NCBI GenBank assembly: GCA_977020255.1 | Contig: CDROCS010000506.1 | Location: 2,666,001-2,730,000 of the forward strand | Length of the DNA: 64,000 bases | Origin: Obrimoposthia wandeli | Lineage: Eukaryota | Direction: 5' to 3' | In this document: one piece after another, positions 1 through 10,968 of the stretch | Numbering within the stretch: position 1 is the stretch's first letter | How the letters are laid out: each line of letters starts with the position of its first letter | Notes under the pieces: generated by a model | Databases searched by the model: none | What the model saw: the letters and a program-made list of their open reading frames with translations, nothing else | Told to the model about the DNA's origin: nothing | Made by a program: the position numbers and the translations under genes

Positions 1-2
1 AT

Positions 3-3000
3 GTGGCGAAAAAAGTCGTGCTCGACGTGATGTTGAAAACACCGGAAGTAAAAACGGGTTTGGAGATATTCAATGTAAATAATACGGTCTTTGAAAAAAT
101 TAAGCTGCTTAAACATGATGGTGGTCGAATTATTTCGGGTATTAGATCTTATGATTCGAGTGATTACACCGCTAATCTAGCAGATTATAAAGACAATGTA
201 AGTCTATTGAGAAGTCAGGTCGACAGAGTCGTGACGTCCGTCGATGCTCGGTCAGCATTGTGTGAAAGTCTTTATGAAGGCTATCGTTATTTATATGGTG
301 AAAACGTATATTTTGGTGATGATCATGGGCTTATTCCTAGTCCAAAACGAGACAAAAAAGTGGAACGTGATGGGACGTATATCACGCCGCTTGATTGGAC
401 TAGAACATGTCAAACGGAAGCCTATATTATTATTGTTACCGCAGGATATAAGGAGACAGATCATGACTCGAACAGATTTATTACTTGTCAAAATCATGAT
501 GGTGAAGCAAATTCAAAAATAGACGCTTTAACGCAAGAGTTAGCTATAGCTCAGCCAAACTTAAAGTTGCTTGCAGATTCGGATTATAGATCATTATCTG
601 ATACCGCACATGCGGCAAGGACGGTTGAAACCGAAATGAAGTCTAAGTTTGGTTTCTTATCGGACTGTACTATCGAGAATAAATTACCGCAATTGGCACA
701 TTATCTCTATAACAATGACATGAATGGTGATGATAGTGACGGCAATCAGCACATTGCTACATATACTGTTGGCGTTAATGTTGAGAATGGCAGTAAAGCC
801 TTGTTAGAAAAAACGGCCACATCGGGTGGCGGTGAGTTTTTCAATGCTGAAACGGCTACGGAGTTAAGAGAAAAACTTAAATTAGCGTTGGGTGATATCG
901 TTGCTAGGCAGAAGACTACTACTGCGACAGTGACGACATCAATAAATTCGAATAATTCGACACAAAGTGATAAGACTGTTTATTTTACAATGTTTGAGCC
1001 CGCTCAAAGTAGTAAATGGAACGGCAATTTAAAAAAATTGGTGATTGAAAATGGTGTGTTAAATGCGTGGAACATGCAAGCAAGTTTAGCGACAAGCACT
1101 AATTTGACTCCTGCACTTTCATCTACAAACGGTGCCTTTTTCGCAGATGGACTGTATTCAGGATGGAGTAATTCACCCGGACTTGATTCAGTGGAGGTTG
1201 GTGGCGTCGTCGAAGCATTCAATAGCCGAGATGTGTCTATACCACGAAAAGTATACGTAAATAACGGTAATGACAGTATTTTATGCGAGGTCACTCTGGA
1301 TAATTTGAAAGTAGTGTTAGGGATAAGTACGGGTGCGTGTATCAATTCAGATAGTGCTTCTCCACCGTCTACATCACCTGATTCTGAAGATGTTATCGAA
1401 GCTCAAAACATCGCTTTAGCAGCGCAGTTAGATGTTGATGTTGAAGCTTTATCTGCAACAGTGAAGTGGCTTAATGGTTTGAATGATACTGGAACTGCAT
1501 TCAGGGATGATATTTTCGGTGATCCTATGCACTCTGCACCACTCGTTGTTAAATATGATGATGTTTCTCGGATCTTCATTGGAACCAACGCTGGATTTTT
1601 CCATGCGTTTAAAGATAATGGCAATACTGTTGAAGAAGAGTGGGCTTTTATTCCCGCAGACTTACTCAAGAGTGCAATATCACTACGTTATGATTCTACA
1701 ATAACAGATCGTGTTTATGGTGTTGATAGTACTGCTGTTGATGCGGAGTATGGTGATTCAAAACATATCATTACCTTTGGTCTTAGGAGGGGCGGCAGTG
1801 CTTATTACTCCTTTAATGTTGATAAGGGGCTTATATCTGGTTCGGCAGAGAAGCCCACGCTTCACTGGATTATGAAGAATACCGGCACTGGTGATTTTGC
1901 AAGTTTAGGTCAAACATGGTCAATACCAATAGTCACTAAAATCTATAGAGGGTTTGAGAATGAATTGAATTCAAACCCGGTTCTGATTTTTGGAGGTGGA
2001 TATGATGTTGGCAAAGACAATTGTGGCATAAATGGTAGTTCAGAATGCGATGATACCCTTGGCCGCAGTATTTATATTATCGATATTAAAGATAAGTCAG
2101 TTATCAGTTCATTTGTTTTCACTGGAGAGTGTGATGATGCCAAGTGGGATTGTATTACTGATAGTATCGCGGGTAAATTATCTGTGCTTGATAGTGATGG
2201 CGATGGATATTCAGACCGTATTTATGCTGCCGATACTGGTGGTAATATTTATCGTATCGACACACCCAATACTTATTCAGATAATGATCAGAGAACAGTC
2301 GATACTGAAGGATGGTCATTAAGGTTAATTGCTCAACTGGGAAGTAAAAAGATTGGAACTTCTGATCGCCGTTTCTTCACTGAGCCGTCGATTGTTAGAG
2401 CTGTAAATCAAAATAGACGAGCTTACGATGGACTGCTAATAGGCAGTGGAGATATTAGCCATCCTAATTCGAATAAAGTTACAGAAGATTATATGTTCAA
2501 TATTAAGGATCTTGATTTAACGCCTGTAGTATGGGTAGCAAGTGATGAGGTCGACTCGTCAACTTATTCTGTTGCTGCAAAAGCGCGTAAACAGCCTATC
2601 CAATTTAATGATCTGACTCTTATTGATGATTCTAAAATCACAGTTACAACTGATTCAAATGATAATGGTTGGGCTTATACACTATCGAAAGACAAAGGTC
2701 AGAAAATTTTAGGTAATGCGGTCGTTATCGATGGGGTTGTTAATTTTAACAGTTATAGTCCATTTAGTAGTACGGTAGTTGTTAATAATGGGTCGGAGTG
2801 TTTACTCGCGCAAACGGGAAATAGTCATTTTTATCAAGTGAATTTAAATACAGGTAAACTTAAAACGTATAAAAAATTAGAAAACGTTATCGCTAAAGAA
2901 CTTTCTATTCATTCCGAAATAAATAATTACAATGACCCCATATTACGATTATTAGGGGCTGGTAAAGGTGATGATTCTGCAAGCGAAGGCGGGGCTCCAT

Positions 3001-3074
3001 CAGGCACTATCGATACAGAAGTAACGCTGAGTCCACGTCCTATCTACCGTTACTTCAATGAGGCTGCCCAATGA
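3..3074 (+). CDS. pilY1: Type IV pilus tip adhesin PilY1/PilC family (probably 5'-truncated by window)
   Basis: PilY1 beta-propeller motifs (FGDPMHSAP, EEEWAFIP, LGQTWSIP, FGGGYD, DSDGDGYSDRIYAAD Ca loop); overlaps pilE. Confidence 0.88.
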   Translation: MAKKVVLDVMLKTPEVKTGLEIFNVNNTVFEKIKLLKHDGGRIISGIRSYDSSDYTANLADYKDNVSLLRSQVDRVVTSVDARSALCESLYEGYRYLYGENVYFGDDHGLIPSPKRDKKVERDGTYITPLDWTRTCQTEAYIIIVTAGYKETDHDSNRFITCQNHDGEANSKIDALTQELAIAQPNLKLLADSDYRSLSDTAHAARTVETEMKSKFGFLSDCTIENKLPQLAHYLYNNDMNGDDSDGNQHIATYTVGVNVENGSKALLEKTATSGGGEFFNAETATELREKLKLALGDIVARQKTTTATVTTSINSNNSTQSDKTVYFTMFEPAQSSKWNGNLKKLVIENGVLNAWNMQASLATSTNLTPALSSTNGAFFADGLYSGWSNSPGLDSVEVGGVVEAFNSRDVSIPRKVYVNNGNDSILCEVTLDNLKVVLGISTGACINSDSASPPSTSPDSEDVIEAQNIALAAQLDVDVEALSATVKWLNGLNDTGTAFRDDIFGDPMHSAPLVVKYDDVSRIFIGTNAGFFHAFKDNGNTVEEEWAFIPADLLKSAISLRYDSTITDRVYGVDSTAVDAEYGDSKHIITFGLRRGGSAYYSFNVDKGLISGSAEKPTLHWIMKNTGTGDFASLGQTWSIPIVTKIYRGFENELNSNPVLIFGGGYDVGKDNCGINGSSECDDTLGRSIYIIDIKDKSVISSFVFTGECDDAKWDCITDSIAGKLSVLDSDGDGYSDRIYAADTGGNIYRIDTPNTYSDNDQRTVDTEGWSLRLIAQLGSKKIGTSDRRFFTEPSIVRAVNQNRRAYDGLLIGSGDISHPNSNKVTEDYMFNIKDLDLTPVVWVASDEVDSSTYSVAAKARKQPIQFNDLTLIDDSKITVTTDSNDNGWAYTLSKDKGQKILGNAVVIDGVVNFNSYSPFSSTVVVNNGSECLLAQTGNSHFYQVNLNTGKLKTYKKLENVIAKELSIHSEINNYNDPILRLLGAGKGDDSASEGGAPSGTIDTEVTLSPRPIYRYFNEAAQ

Positions 3075-3505
3075 TGACAGCTAAACAAACCGGCTTTACC
3101 CTCGTCGAATTAATGATCGTCGTCGCGATTGTCGGTATTTTAGCAGGTATTGGTTATCCATCTTACAGTGCTTATATTATCGATAATAATCGTAATGATG
3201 CGAAAGCAGCCTTATATAAAGCGCAGTTATTACAAGAACAGTATTATTTAGATAATGGTCAATATGCGACGTCATTAGCCAGTGGCGCGACGGGTACATT
3301 ATCAGGTTGGAGTGATAGCAGTGACTATTATACCTTTGCATTAGATCCGAGTAGCAGTACCAGTAGTTACACACTCATTGCGACTGTTGCAGCATCAAGC
3401 TCACAAGCTACAGATTCAGATTGTGCTTCATTCACGATTGATCACTTTGGTGTGACTACCTCGTTGGATAGCACAAATACAGTGACAACTGATTGTTGGA
3501 GATAG
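3071..3505 (+). CDS. pilE: Type IV minor pilin PilE
   Basis: Prepilin motif GFTLVELMIVVAIVGIL, YPSY motif, C-terminal Cys pair; follows pilY1. Confidence 0.88.
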   Translation: MMTAKQTGFTLVELMIVVAIVGILAGIGYPSYSAYIIDNNRNDAKAALYKAQLLQEQYYLDNGQYATSLASGATGTLSGWSDSSDYYTFALDPSSSTSSYTLIATVAASSSQATDSDCASFTIDHFGVTTSLDSTNTVTTDCWR

Positions 3506-3615
3506 CAAGTTTAGTGATTTCATCGATTTAATTGCTTGTCTGATTGGCAATTTGGATTTGCTTCGGTATGCTAGAACTATATTTAGGTATGTAAATAGTT
3601 ATATTTAAGGGCTAA

Positions 3616-3966
<351 letters not shown>

Positions 3967-4010
3967 TCACTATCAGCGAGTTTAATCGCTGATATCGTCA
4001 CTGTTTCTAC

Positions 4011-4046
4011 AAGACACCGAGCATTTATGTTCGGTGTCTTTTTTTT
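4011..4046 (+). terminator. Rho-independent terminator after glnB
   Basis: AAGACACCGA/TCGGTGTCTT stem followed by T run. Confidence 0.85.
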
Positions 4047-4214
4047 AACTGATAACCTTGGATTATCGCGTTATAACCGTACATAAATAGCACTTCAACA
4101 ACTCCTCTACGTTAGCATTTTGACTCAGTTTGGGTATAATCACTTCATTAACAGATCCGTTTATATTACTTAATCTAAACAATCGCTCATAATTCAAGCA
4201 CCCAGGACAATTCC

Positions 4215-6836
4215 ATGACAATGTCTACAGCTGAGATCCGCAACGCGTTTCTTGATTATTTTGCCGAAAAAGGGCACAACAAAGGTACAAGTAGCTCACT
4301 TGTTCCTGCTAATGATCCAACTTTGTTATTTACAAATGCGGGCATGAACCAATTTAAAGATGTATTCCTTGGTGCAGAACAACGTTCATACACACGTGCA
4401 ACGACGTCTCAACGTTGTGTACGTGCTGGTGGCAAACACAATGACTTAGATAACGTAGGTTACACTGCGCGTCACCATACATTCTTTGAAATGTTAGGTA
4501 ACTTCAGCTTTGGTGATTACTTTAAAGAAGATGCGATCTTATTTGCATGGGAATTCTTAACTAAAGAATTGAAACTACCAAAAGAAAAGCTGCTTGTTAC
4601 TGTTTACGAAAGCGATGATGAAGCATTTTCATTCTGGGCTGATAAAATTGGTGTACCAGTAGACAAAATTATTCGCATCGGTGATAAGTCACCAGAGAAG
4701 AAATTTGAATCAGATAACTTCTGGTCAATGGGTGATACCGGTCCATGTGGTCCATGTTCTGAAATATTCTATGATCACGGCGAAGACATTTGGGGCGGCG
4801 TTCCGGGTTCTCCTGAAGAAGATGGCGATCGTTTCATCGAGATTTGGAACTTAGTATTCATGCAGTTCAACCGTCAAGCAGACGGCACGATGGAAGCGTT
4901 GCCAAAACCTTCTGTTGATACAGGTATGGGTCTTGAGCGTATTTCTGCAATTATGCAAAACGTACACTCAAACTATGAAATCGATATCTTCCAAAGCTTA
5001 ATCAAACACGTTGCTGAGCTTATCGGTACGACTGATTTAGAAAACAAATCACTACGCGTAATTGCCGATCACATTCGTGCATGTAGCTTCCTGATCTCTG
5101 ACGGCGTTATGCCATCAAATGAAGGTCGTGGTTATGTACTACGTCGTATTATTCGTCGTGCAGTACGTCACGGTAATAAACTTGGCGCTAAAGGCCCATT
5201 CTTCAACAAACTTGTTGCTAAGATGGTTGAGCTGATGGGCGATATTTCTGACGATTTAGTAAAACAACAAGCGATTGTTGAAAAAATCTTACTTATCGAA
5301 GAAGAACAGTTTGGTAAAACGCTAGAGCGTGGTCTGAACATTCTAGACAACGAACTGTCACAACTAGAAGGGACTGTTGTTCCTGGTGATGTGGTATTCA
5401 AACTGTATGACACTTATGGTTTCCCATCAGATTTAACCGCTGACATCGCGCGTGAACGTGAGTTAACGATTGATGAAGACGGCTTTAAAGTTGCGATGGA
5501 AGAACAGCGTAATCGTGCTCGCCAAGGTTCTAACTTTGGTACTGACTACAACGATATGTTGAAAATCGATGCAAACACTGAATTCTTAGGTTATCAAACG
5601 CTGACATCTGATGCGCAAATTGTGGCATTAATCAGAGACAACGCTGAAGTTGAGATCTTAAATGACGGTCAAGCAGGCGCGATTGTTTTAAATAAAACAC
5701 CATTTTACGCAGAAGCGGGTGGCCAATCTGGTGACCAAGGTGTGATCAAAATTGGTGACGCGGTATTTACTGTTACTGATACCAAGAAAGCGGGCAACGC
5801 AGTTGTTCATTTTGGTACTGTTTCGGGTGTTATCGAAGTTAATAACCAAGTTATTGCAGACGTTGACGTTAGTCGCCGTAAAGCGATTGGCCTTAACCAC
5901 TCTGTAACTCACTTAGCACACGCAGCGTTACGTAAAGTTGTTGGTGAAAATGTACAACAGAAAGGTTCATTAGTATTACCTGAACGTTTACGTTTCGATT
6001 TCTCACACTTTGAAGGTGTAACCCCAGCGCAACTGCTTGAAGTTGAACGTCTGGTTAATGCGCAAATTCGTGCAAACCACGAAGTTGTCACTGAAGTGAT
6101 GGATATTGATGCTGCGCGTGAAGCGGGCGCAATGGCATTATTCGGTGAGAAGTACGATGACGAAGTGCGCGTAGTACGTATGGGTGACTTCTCAATCGAA
6201 TTATGTGGTGGTACGCATGTTAAACGTACCGGTGACATTGGTTTCTTCAAGATCTTATCTGAGAGCGGTATCGCAGCTGGCGTACGTCGTGTTGAAGCGG
6301 TAACTGGTGACTCTGCATTGGCATATGTGCATGACCTTGTAGCTAAAATGCAAGAAACTGCAGGTTTAGTGAAAGCGGATCAAAATACATTAGCAGCGAA
6401 AGTTGGCCAAGTATTAGACCGTAATCGTAGCCTAGAAAAAGAAGTTGAAAAGTTAAACGTACAAGTAGCAAGTGCTGCGAATGCTAACTTGATCGACCAG
6501 GTACAAGTGATTAATGGTGTTAAAGTACTTGTTGCTAACCTTAAGGGTGCAGATCCTAAGTCGCTACGTAGCTCGATGGATGAACTGAAGAATAAACTGC
6601 AAAGCGGTATTATTGTTCTGGGTATTCCAGGCGAAGGTAAAGTTAACTTAATCACTGGTGTGACTAAAGACTTAATCGGTAAAGTGAAAGCGGGCGAGCT
6701 AGTAAGCTTCCTTGCTGTTCAGGTTGGCGGTAAAGGCGGTGGTCGTCCAGATATGGCACAAGCGGGTGGTTCAAACCCTGAAGCGCTTGCAGCGGCTCTT
6801 GAGTCTGTGACGCCTTGGTTAACTGAAAAACTATAA
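4215..6836 (+). CDS. alaS: Alanine--tRNA ligase
   Basis: [54 protein letters not shown]. Confidence 0.99.
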   Translation: MTMSTAEIRNAFLDYFAEKGHNKGTSSSLVPANDPTLLFTNAGMNQFKDVFLGAEQRSYTRATTSQRCVRAGGKHNDLDNVGYTARHHTFFEMLGNFSFGDYFKEDAILFAWEFLTKELKLPKEKLLVTVYESDDEAFSFWADKIGVPVDKIIRIGDKSPEKKFESDNFWSMGDTGPCGPCSEIFYDHGEDIWGGVPGSPEEDGDRFIEIWNLVFMQFNRQADGTMEALPKPSVDTGMGLERISAIMQNVHSNYEIDIFQSLIKHVAELIGTTDLENKSLRVIADHIRACSFLISDGVMPSNEGRGYVLRRIIRRAVRHGNKLGAKGPFFNKLVAKMVELMGDISDDLVKQQAIVEKILLIEEEQFGKTLERGLNILDNELSQLEGTVVPGDVVFKLYDTYGFPSDLTADIARERELTIDEDGFKVAMEEQRNRARQGSNFGTDYNDMLKIDANTEFLGYQTLTSDAQIVALIRDNAEVEILNDGQAGAIVLNKTPFYAEAGGQSGDQGVIKIGDAVFTVTDTKKAGNAVVHFGTVSGVIEVNNQVIADVDVSRRKAIGLNHSVTHLAHAALRKVVGENVQQKGSLVLPERLRFDFSHFEGVTPAQLLEVERLVNAQIRANHEVVTEVMDIDAAREAGAMALFGEKYDDEVRVVRMGDFSIELCGGTHVKRTGDIGFFKILSESGIAAGVRRVEAVTGDSALAYVHDLVAKMQETAGLVKADQNTLAAKVGQVLDRNRSLEKEVEKLNVQVASAANANLIDQVQVINGVKVLVANLKGADPKSLRSSMDELKNKLQSGIIVLGIPGEGKVNLITGVTKDLIGKVKAGELVSFLAVQVGGKGGGRPDMAQAGGSNPEALAAALESVTPWLTEKL

Positions 6837-7004
6837 ATCAGTACGATTGTAGTAATAATTAGTTAGCAATGATTAACGAGTCGTTAGTTAGTCATGATTG
6901 TTAACTAAGTTTAAATAAACAGTGTAATGGCAACGAGTAGGCAGTCCTACTCGTTGTTGTGAGCACAGGCGGTGATAATTTAAAGGTTATAAAGGAAGTT
7001 TGTT

Positions 7005-8228
7005 GTGGCGTTGTATGTACAAAAATATGGGGGTACTTCAGTTGGTTCTATTGAACGAATTGAAGCTGTTGCCCAGCGAGTGAAAAAATCTCGTGAACAG
7101 GGAAATCAAATAGTTGTGGTTGTATCAGCAATGTCTGGGGAAACAAATCGTTTACTCGGCATGGCGAAAGAGCTCGATGAGCATGCAGACCGCAGAGAAA
7201 TGGATGTATTAATTTCAACGGGAGAACAGGTCACTATCGCATTGTTAACCATCGCCTTGCAAAAAGCAGGTGTCGATGCAATTTCAATGACAGGTGATCA
7301 GGTTCAAATGAAGACTGATAGTAGCCACAGTAAGGCGCGTATCAAAACCGTTGAAACGGACAACTTACAACGTCATCTAGATGCAGGTAAAGTGGTCGTA
7401 GTCGCAGGTTTCCAAGGCCGTGATGAAGATAATAACATCACGACATTGGGCCGTGGCGGCTCGGACACCACTGCAGTCGCGATTGCTGCTGTACTGAAAG
7501 CTGATGAATGTCAGATTTATACTGACGTTAATGGCGTCTATACCACCGACCCTCGGGTTGAACCGCGCGCACGGAAATTAGATTGCATCACTTTTGAAGA
7601 GATGCTTGAAATGGCGAGCTTAGGTGCCAAAGTTTTACAAATTCGTTCAGTCGAGTTTGCAGGGAAATACAATGTGCCTTTACGTGTACTATCTTCATTT
7701 GAAGACGGTGAAGGGACCTTGATTACTTACGAGGACGTAAAAAAAATGGAATCAGCAATCATATCTGGCATTGCGTTTAACCGCGATGAAGCAAGTTTAA
7801 CAATATCAGGTATACCTGATGAACCTTTAGTCGCAGCCAATATCTTAACGCCAATTGGTGATGCGGGTATTGATGTTGACGTTATCGTCCAAAATGCCCA
7901 TGGTAAAGACGGTCTTGTTGATTTTACTTTCACGGTTCATCGCGACGATTACCAAGCTGCGAAAGCACTATTGGAAAAGACCTGCGAAGAATTATCTGGA
8001 AAAAATGTGCAAGGTAACGATCGTATTGCTAAAATTTCTATTGTAGGTGTCGGTATGTGGAATCATCCAGGTGTCGCCAAAACAATGTTTGAAGTGTTAG
8101 GAAGCGAAGGAATCAACATGCAGTTGATTTCGACTTCGGAAATTAAGATCTCAGTAATCGTTGACGAAAAATATTTAGAGCTGGGTGTTCGTGCATTGCA
8201 CGCTGCATTCAACTTGGATGTTGCTTAA
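7005..8228 (+). CDS. lysC: Monofunctional aspartate kinase
   Basis: VQKYGGTSVG, TTLGRGGSDTTA, two ACT domains; alaS-ask-csrA synteny. Confidence 0.93.
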   Translation: MALYVQKYGGTSVGSIERIEAVAQRVKKSREQGNQIVVVVSAMSGETNRLLGMAKELDEHADRREMDVLISTGEQVTIALLTIALQKAGVDAISMTGDQVQMKTDSSHSKARIKTVETDNLQRHLDAGKVVVVAGFQGRDEDNNITTLGRGGSDTTAVAIAAVLKADECQIYTDVNGVYTTDPRVEPRARKLDCITFEEMLEMASLGAKVLQIRSVEFAGKYNVPLRVLSSFEDGEGTLITYEDVKKMESAIISGIAFNRDEASLTISGIPDEPLVAANILTPIGDAGIDVDVIVQNAHGKDGLVDFTFTVHRDDYQAAKALLEKTCEELSGKNVQGNDRIAKISIVGVGMWNHPGVAKTMFEVLGSEGINMQLISTSEIKISVIVDEKYLELGVRALHAAFNLDVA

Positions 8229-8347
8229 ACTGAGTGAATAAACAACAAATTAAGTCTTATTTATTCTTTTCTTGTTTTATATTGAAGCTTTTAATAGAAT
8301 AATAATCGGCTATCAGAAATTTAATGAATTAGTTAAGGAATATATTA

Positions 8348-8539
8348 ATGCTAATATTGACACGCCGAGTTGGCGAAACACTTATGATTGGTGATGAAGT
8401 TACAGTTACCGTTCTAGGTGTTAAAGGGAATCAAGTTCGTATCGGTGTTAATGCGCCTAAAGAAGTATCTGTTCATCGTGAAGAGATCTACATGCGAATT
8501 CAAGCAGAAAAAGGCGAAAGCCCTGAAGGCAACTTCTAA
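8348..8539 (+). CDS. csrA: Carbon storage regulator CsrA
   Basis: [48 protein letters not shown]. Confidence 0.99.
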   Translation: MLILTRRVGETLMIGDEVTVTVLGVKGNQVRIGVNAPKEVSVHREEIYMRIQAEKGESPEGNF

Positions 8540-8577
8540 ATTAGAATAATGAACATTATTGCAGATTGGGTTTAGCG

Positions 8578-8597
8578 ACGGCTAAGCCCTTTTTTTT
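8578..8597 (+). terminator. Terminator after csrA
   Basis: GGGTTTAGC/GCTAAGCCC stem plus T run. Confidence 0.8.
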
Positions 8598-8700
8598 ATC
8601 TGTTTTTTGACTGTATTTGAGACATTCATCCCGTTTATGCTGCAATAGTAGGTTTGTTGTTTGAAACTTAAACAGTTATTAATCTGTAGATAATTAACAT

Positions 8701-8737
8701 TTGACTTATTTTTCAGTATCCGTATTATGAGCGCCAA
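8701..8737 (+). promoter_or_regulatory. sigma70 stable-RNA promoter for the tRNA operon
   Basis: TTGACT-16 bp-TATTAT followed by GC-rich discriminator GAGCGCC. Confidence 0.75.
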
Positions 8738-8743
8738 CAACAC

Positions 8744-8806
8744 GGAGAGGTGGCCGAGTGGCCGAAGGCGCTCCCCTGCTAAGGGAGTATGGGCTTTAAA
8801 TCCCAT

Positions 8807-8835
<29 letters not shown>
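8744..8835 (+). tRNA. tRNA-Ser(GCT)
   Basis: Cloverleaf with long variable arm, anticodon loop CT-GCT-AA, encoded CCA. Confidence 0.96.
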
Positions 8836-8837
<2 letters not shown>

Positions 8838-8920
8838 GTTGTCCTGTTCCTATTACATATTGAAAAATGTGTTATAGTGTTTGGGTCGGCTTTTTGGACG
8901 TTGTAAGAAATAATTGTTGT

Positions 8921-8997
8921 GCGGACGTAGCTCAGCTGGATAGAGTACCTGGCTACGAACCAGGCGGTCGGAGGTTCGAATCCTTCCGTCCGCACCA
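8921..8997 (+). tRNA. tRNA-Arg(ACG) copy 1
   Basis: GCGGACG/CGTCCGC acceptor stem, CT-ACG-AA loop, CCA; 77 nt. Confidence 0.96.
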
Positions 8998-9087
8998 TTA
9001 TTTCGATTAGAATTAATTCTAAGTAATTAGTAGAAGTTGAAAACGCTTAATCTAATTATAAAAAATTATAGGTTAGACCAAATATGT

Positions 9088-9164
9088 GCGGACGTAGCTC
9101 AGCTGGATAGAGTACTTGGCTACGAACCAGGCGGTCGAAGGTTCGAATCCTTCCGTCCGCACCA
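9088..9164 (+). tRNA. tRNA-Arg(ACG) copy 2
   Basis: Same cloverleaf, ACG anticodon. Confidence 0.96.
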
Positions 9165-9234
9165 TTGGTTTTAACAACGAATACTTATTAAGTAAACTGT
9201 CATGTTTACTCGATAAAAACAGAATAAATTATGT

Positions 9235-9311
9235 GCGGACGTAGCTCAGCTGGATAGAGTACTTGGCTACGAACCAGGCGGTCGAAGGTTCGAATCCTTC
9301 CGTCCGCACCA
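9235..9311 (+). tRNA. tRNA-Arg(ACG) copy 3
   Basis: Same cloverleaf, ACG anticodon. Confidence 0.96.
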
Positions 9312-9402
9312 TTTATTCAAATCAACTAGAGATTTAAAACTAGACGTTGAAGAACGATAAACTATAAGTTGTAGAACTATAAACTAATAGAATAAATTAT
9401 GT

Positions 9403-9479
9403 GCGGATGTAGCTCAGCTGGATAGAGTACCTGGCTACGAACCAGGCGGTCGGAGGTTCGACTCCTCCCATCCGCACCA
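9403..9479 (+). tRNA. tRNA-Arg(ACG) copy 4
   Basis: Variant with compensated acceptor stem GCGGATG/CATCCGC. Confidence 0.96.
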
Positions 9480-9560
9480 TTTATTCAAACCACAATTTGA
9501 TTTTTATGGTTTAATTCGTTAAACGGTAAAAATAAAACAAGTTCTTAAAATAGAATATGT

Positions 9561-9637
9561 GCGGACGTAGCTCAGCTGGATAGAGTACTTGGCTACGAAC
9601 CAGGCGGTCGAAGGTTCGAATCCTTCCGTCCGCACCA
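9561..9637 (+). tRNA. tRNA-Arg(ACG) copy 5
   Basis: Same cloverleaf, ACG anticodon. Confidence 0.96.
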
Positions 9638-9661
9638 TCTATTTTAAATATAATTTTTTGT

Positions 9662-9738
9662 GCGGACGTAGCTCAGCTGGATAGAGTACCTGGCTACGAA
9701 CCAGGCGGTCGGAGGTTCGACTCCTCCCGTCCGCACCA
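9662..9738 (+). tRNA. tRNA-Arg(ACG) copy 6
   Basis: Same cloverleaf, ACG anticodon. Confidence 0.96.
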
Positions 9739-9812
9739 TTATTATATTATTATGAATTGTCCAATGTAAGTCTTTACATTGTCGAGGTTATTCGTAATAA
9801 TAGGGTTTGTGT

Positions 9813-9904
9813 GGAGAGGTGGCCGAGTGGCCGAAGGCGCTCCCCTGCTAAGGGAGTATGGGCTTTAAATCCCATCGAGAGTTCGAATCTCTCCCTCTCC
9901 GCCA
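9813..9904 (+). tRNA. tRNA-Ser(GCT) second copy
   Basis: As first copy, with compensatory T-stem change (GAGAG/CTCTC vs GAGGG/CCCTC). Confidence 0.96.
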
Positions 9905-9916
9905 TTATTAATAAAG

Positions 9917-9940
9917 AAACCGCTTAATAGCGGTTTTTTT
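9917..9940 (+). terminator. tRNA operon terminator
   Basis: AAACCGC/GCGGTTT plus T run. Confidence 0.85.
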
Positions 9941-10078
9941 ATGCCTGAAATTCAGTGAGCGCTAATCTTCTATCACCTAATTTATCTTCTTTGTTATCTC
10001 ATTTTCTTTTATTCTATCGCATCAGCACTGTGTTACAGCGCCATTGTTATATCAGTTATATCAGTTATATAAATTGCA

Positions 10079-10246
10079 CTAACTCGTCAGATACATCATC
10101 AGGCTTAGAAAAGCGATGGTCACGCTAGTACCACAGATAATGTAGATAAATCCTTTTTTACCTTGCTGTATGCTCCAGTCATTGTATTGCAAAAATGCAA
10201 ACCACAAGATACTTAGTATCAAAGGTAATAGAAAAAATTTAAACAT
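10079..10246 (-). CDS. Small membrane protein (two hydrophobic segments), hypothetical
   Basis: GGGGAG SD before ATG; MFKFFLLPLILSILW...KKGFIYII. Confidence 0.6.
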   Translation of the reverse strand: MFKFFLLPLILSILWFAFLQYNDWSIQQGKKGFIYIICGTSVTIAFLSLMMYLTS

Positions 10247-10484
10247 AAACTCCCCAACACAGCGATTAATCACTGTTTATTGAATTATATAGTGGCTAAA
10301 CTGTCCTACCACTTTTGGTAAGACTGTTAATTTTGGCTGCGTGATCACATGTAAAGTGTATCGATAAGTACATTAAGCCTGATATTAGCATGCCTAACTT
10401 TGATTATACGTCTAACTTCAATATATAGTGTGACTTAATTCGCTTGCTAGACATGCTGTGAGTAAATGAAATTTAGAGGATTAA

Positions 10485-10904
10485 ATGGGTCTTTGGTTAT
10501 TATTTTTAAGTAGTTTTACGTCAGCGACCATTTTACCTGGTAGTTCGGAAATATTATTAACTGCGATGTTAGTGGAAGGCTCGTGGTCTCATTGGCAACT
10601 TTTCATCATGGCCACGAGTGGTAATGTATTAGGATCTATCCTGACTTTTTATATGGGGTATTTTATCTATGCGAAAAAGCCTATCGATTTTTCAGCCAAT
10701 AAACACTATCGCCGTGTGCATGATGTGATCCAGCGTTGGGGGTGGAGTAGCTTGTTATTGAGTTGGTTGCCTATTTTTGGTGATGTATTTTGTTTATTAG
10801 CCGGTTGGTTACGCTTAAACCCAGTGCTTTCTTTTATCGCCATCCTATTTGGTAAAGCAATTCGTTATGCAATTTTGATCTGGTTTATGAGTTCAGTGAG
10901 TTAA
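10485..10904 (+). CDS. yqaA: YqaA/DedA-family membrane protein
   Basis: SFTSATILPGSSE, LLLSWLPIFGD motifs; synteny with gshA. Confidence 0.85.
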   Translation: MGLWLLFLSSFTSATILPGSSEILLTAMLVEGSWSHWQLFIMATSGNVLGSILTFYMGYFIYAKKPIDFSANKHYRRVHDVIQRWGWSSLLLSWLPIFGDVFCLLAGWLRLNPVLSFIAILFGKAIRYAILIWFMSSVS

Positions 10905-10968
10905 TTACTTTTATATTTGAGTTTCATATTTAACTTTCATGTTTAAGAGCATGAACAAGGAATTTTTA

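Noticed and set aside
3543-3562. sigma54 promoter before glnB
   Set aside because: GG-to-GC spacing is 12 nt rather than the required 10
6840-7004. Lysine riboswitch before aspartokinase
   Set aside because: The gap is about 165 bp and I see only simple hairpins, no L-box consensus
8582-8998. 138-aa minus-strand ORF
   Set aside because: Antisense shadow of the tRNA genes
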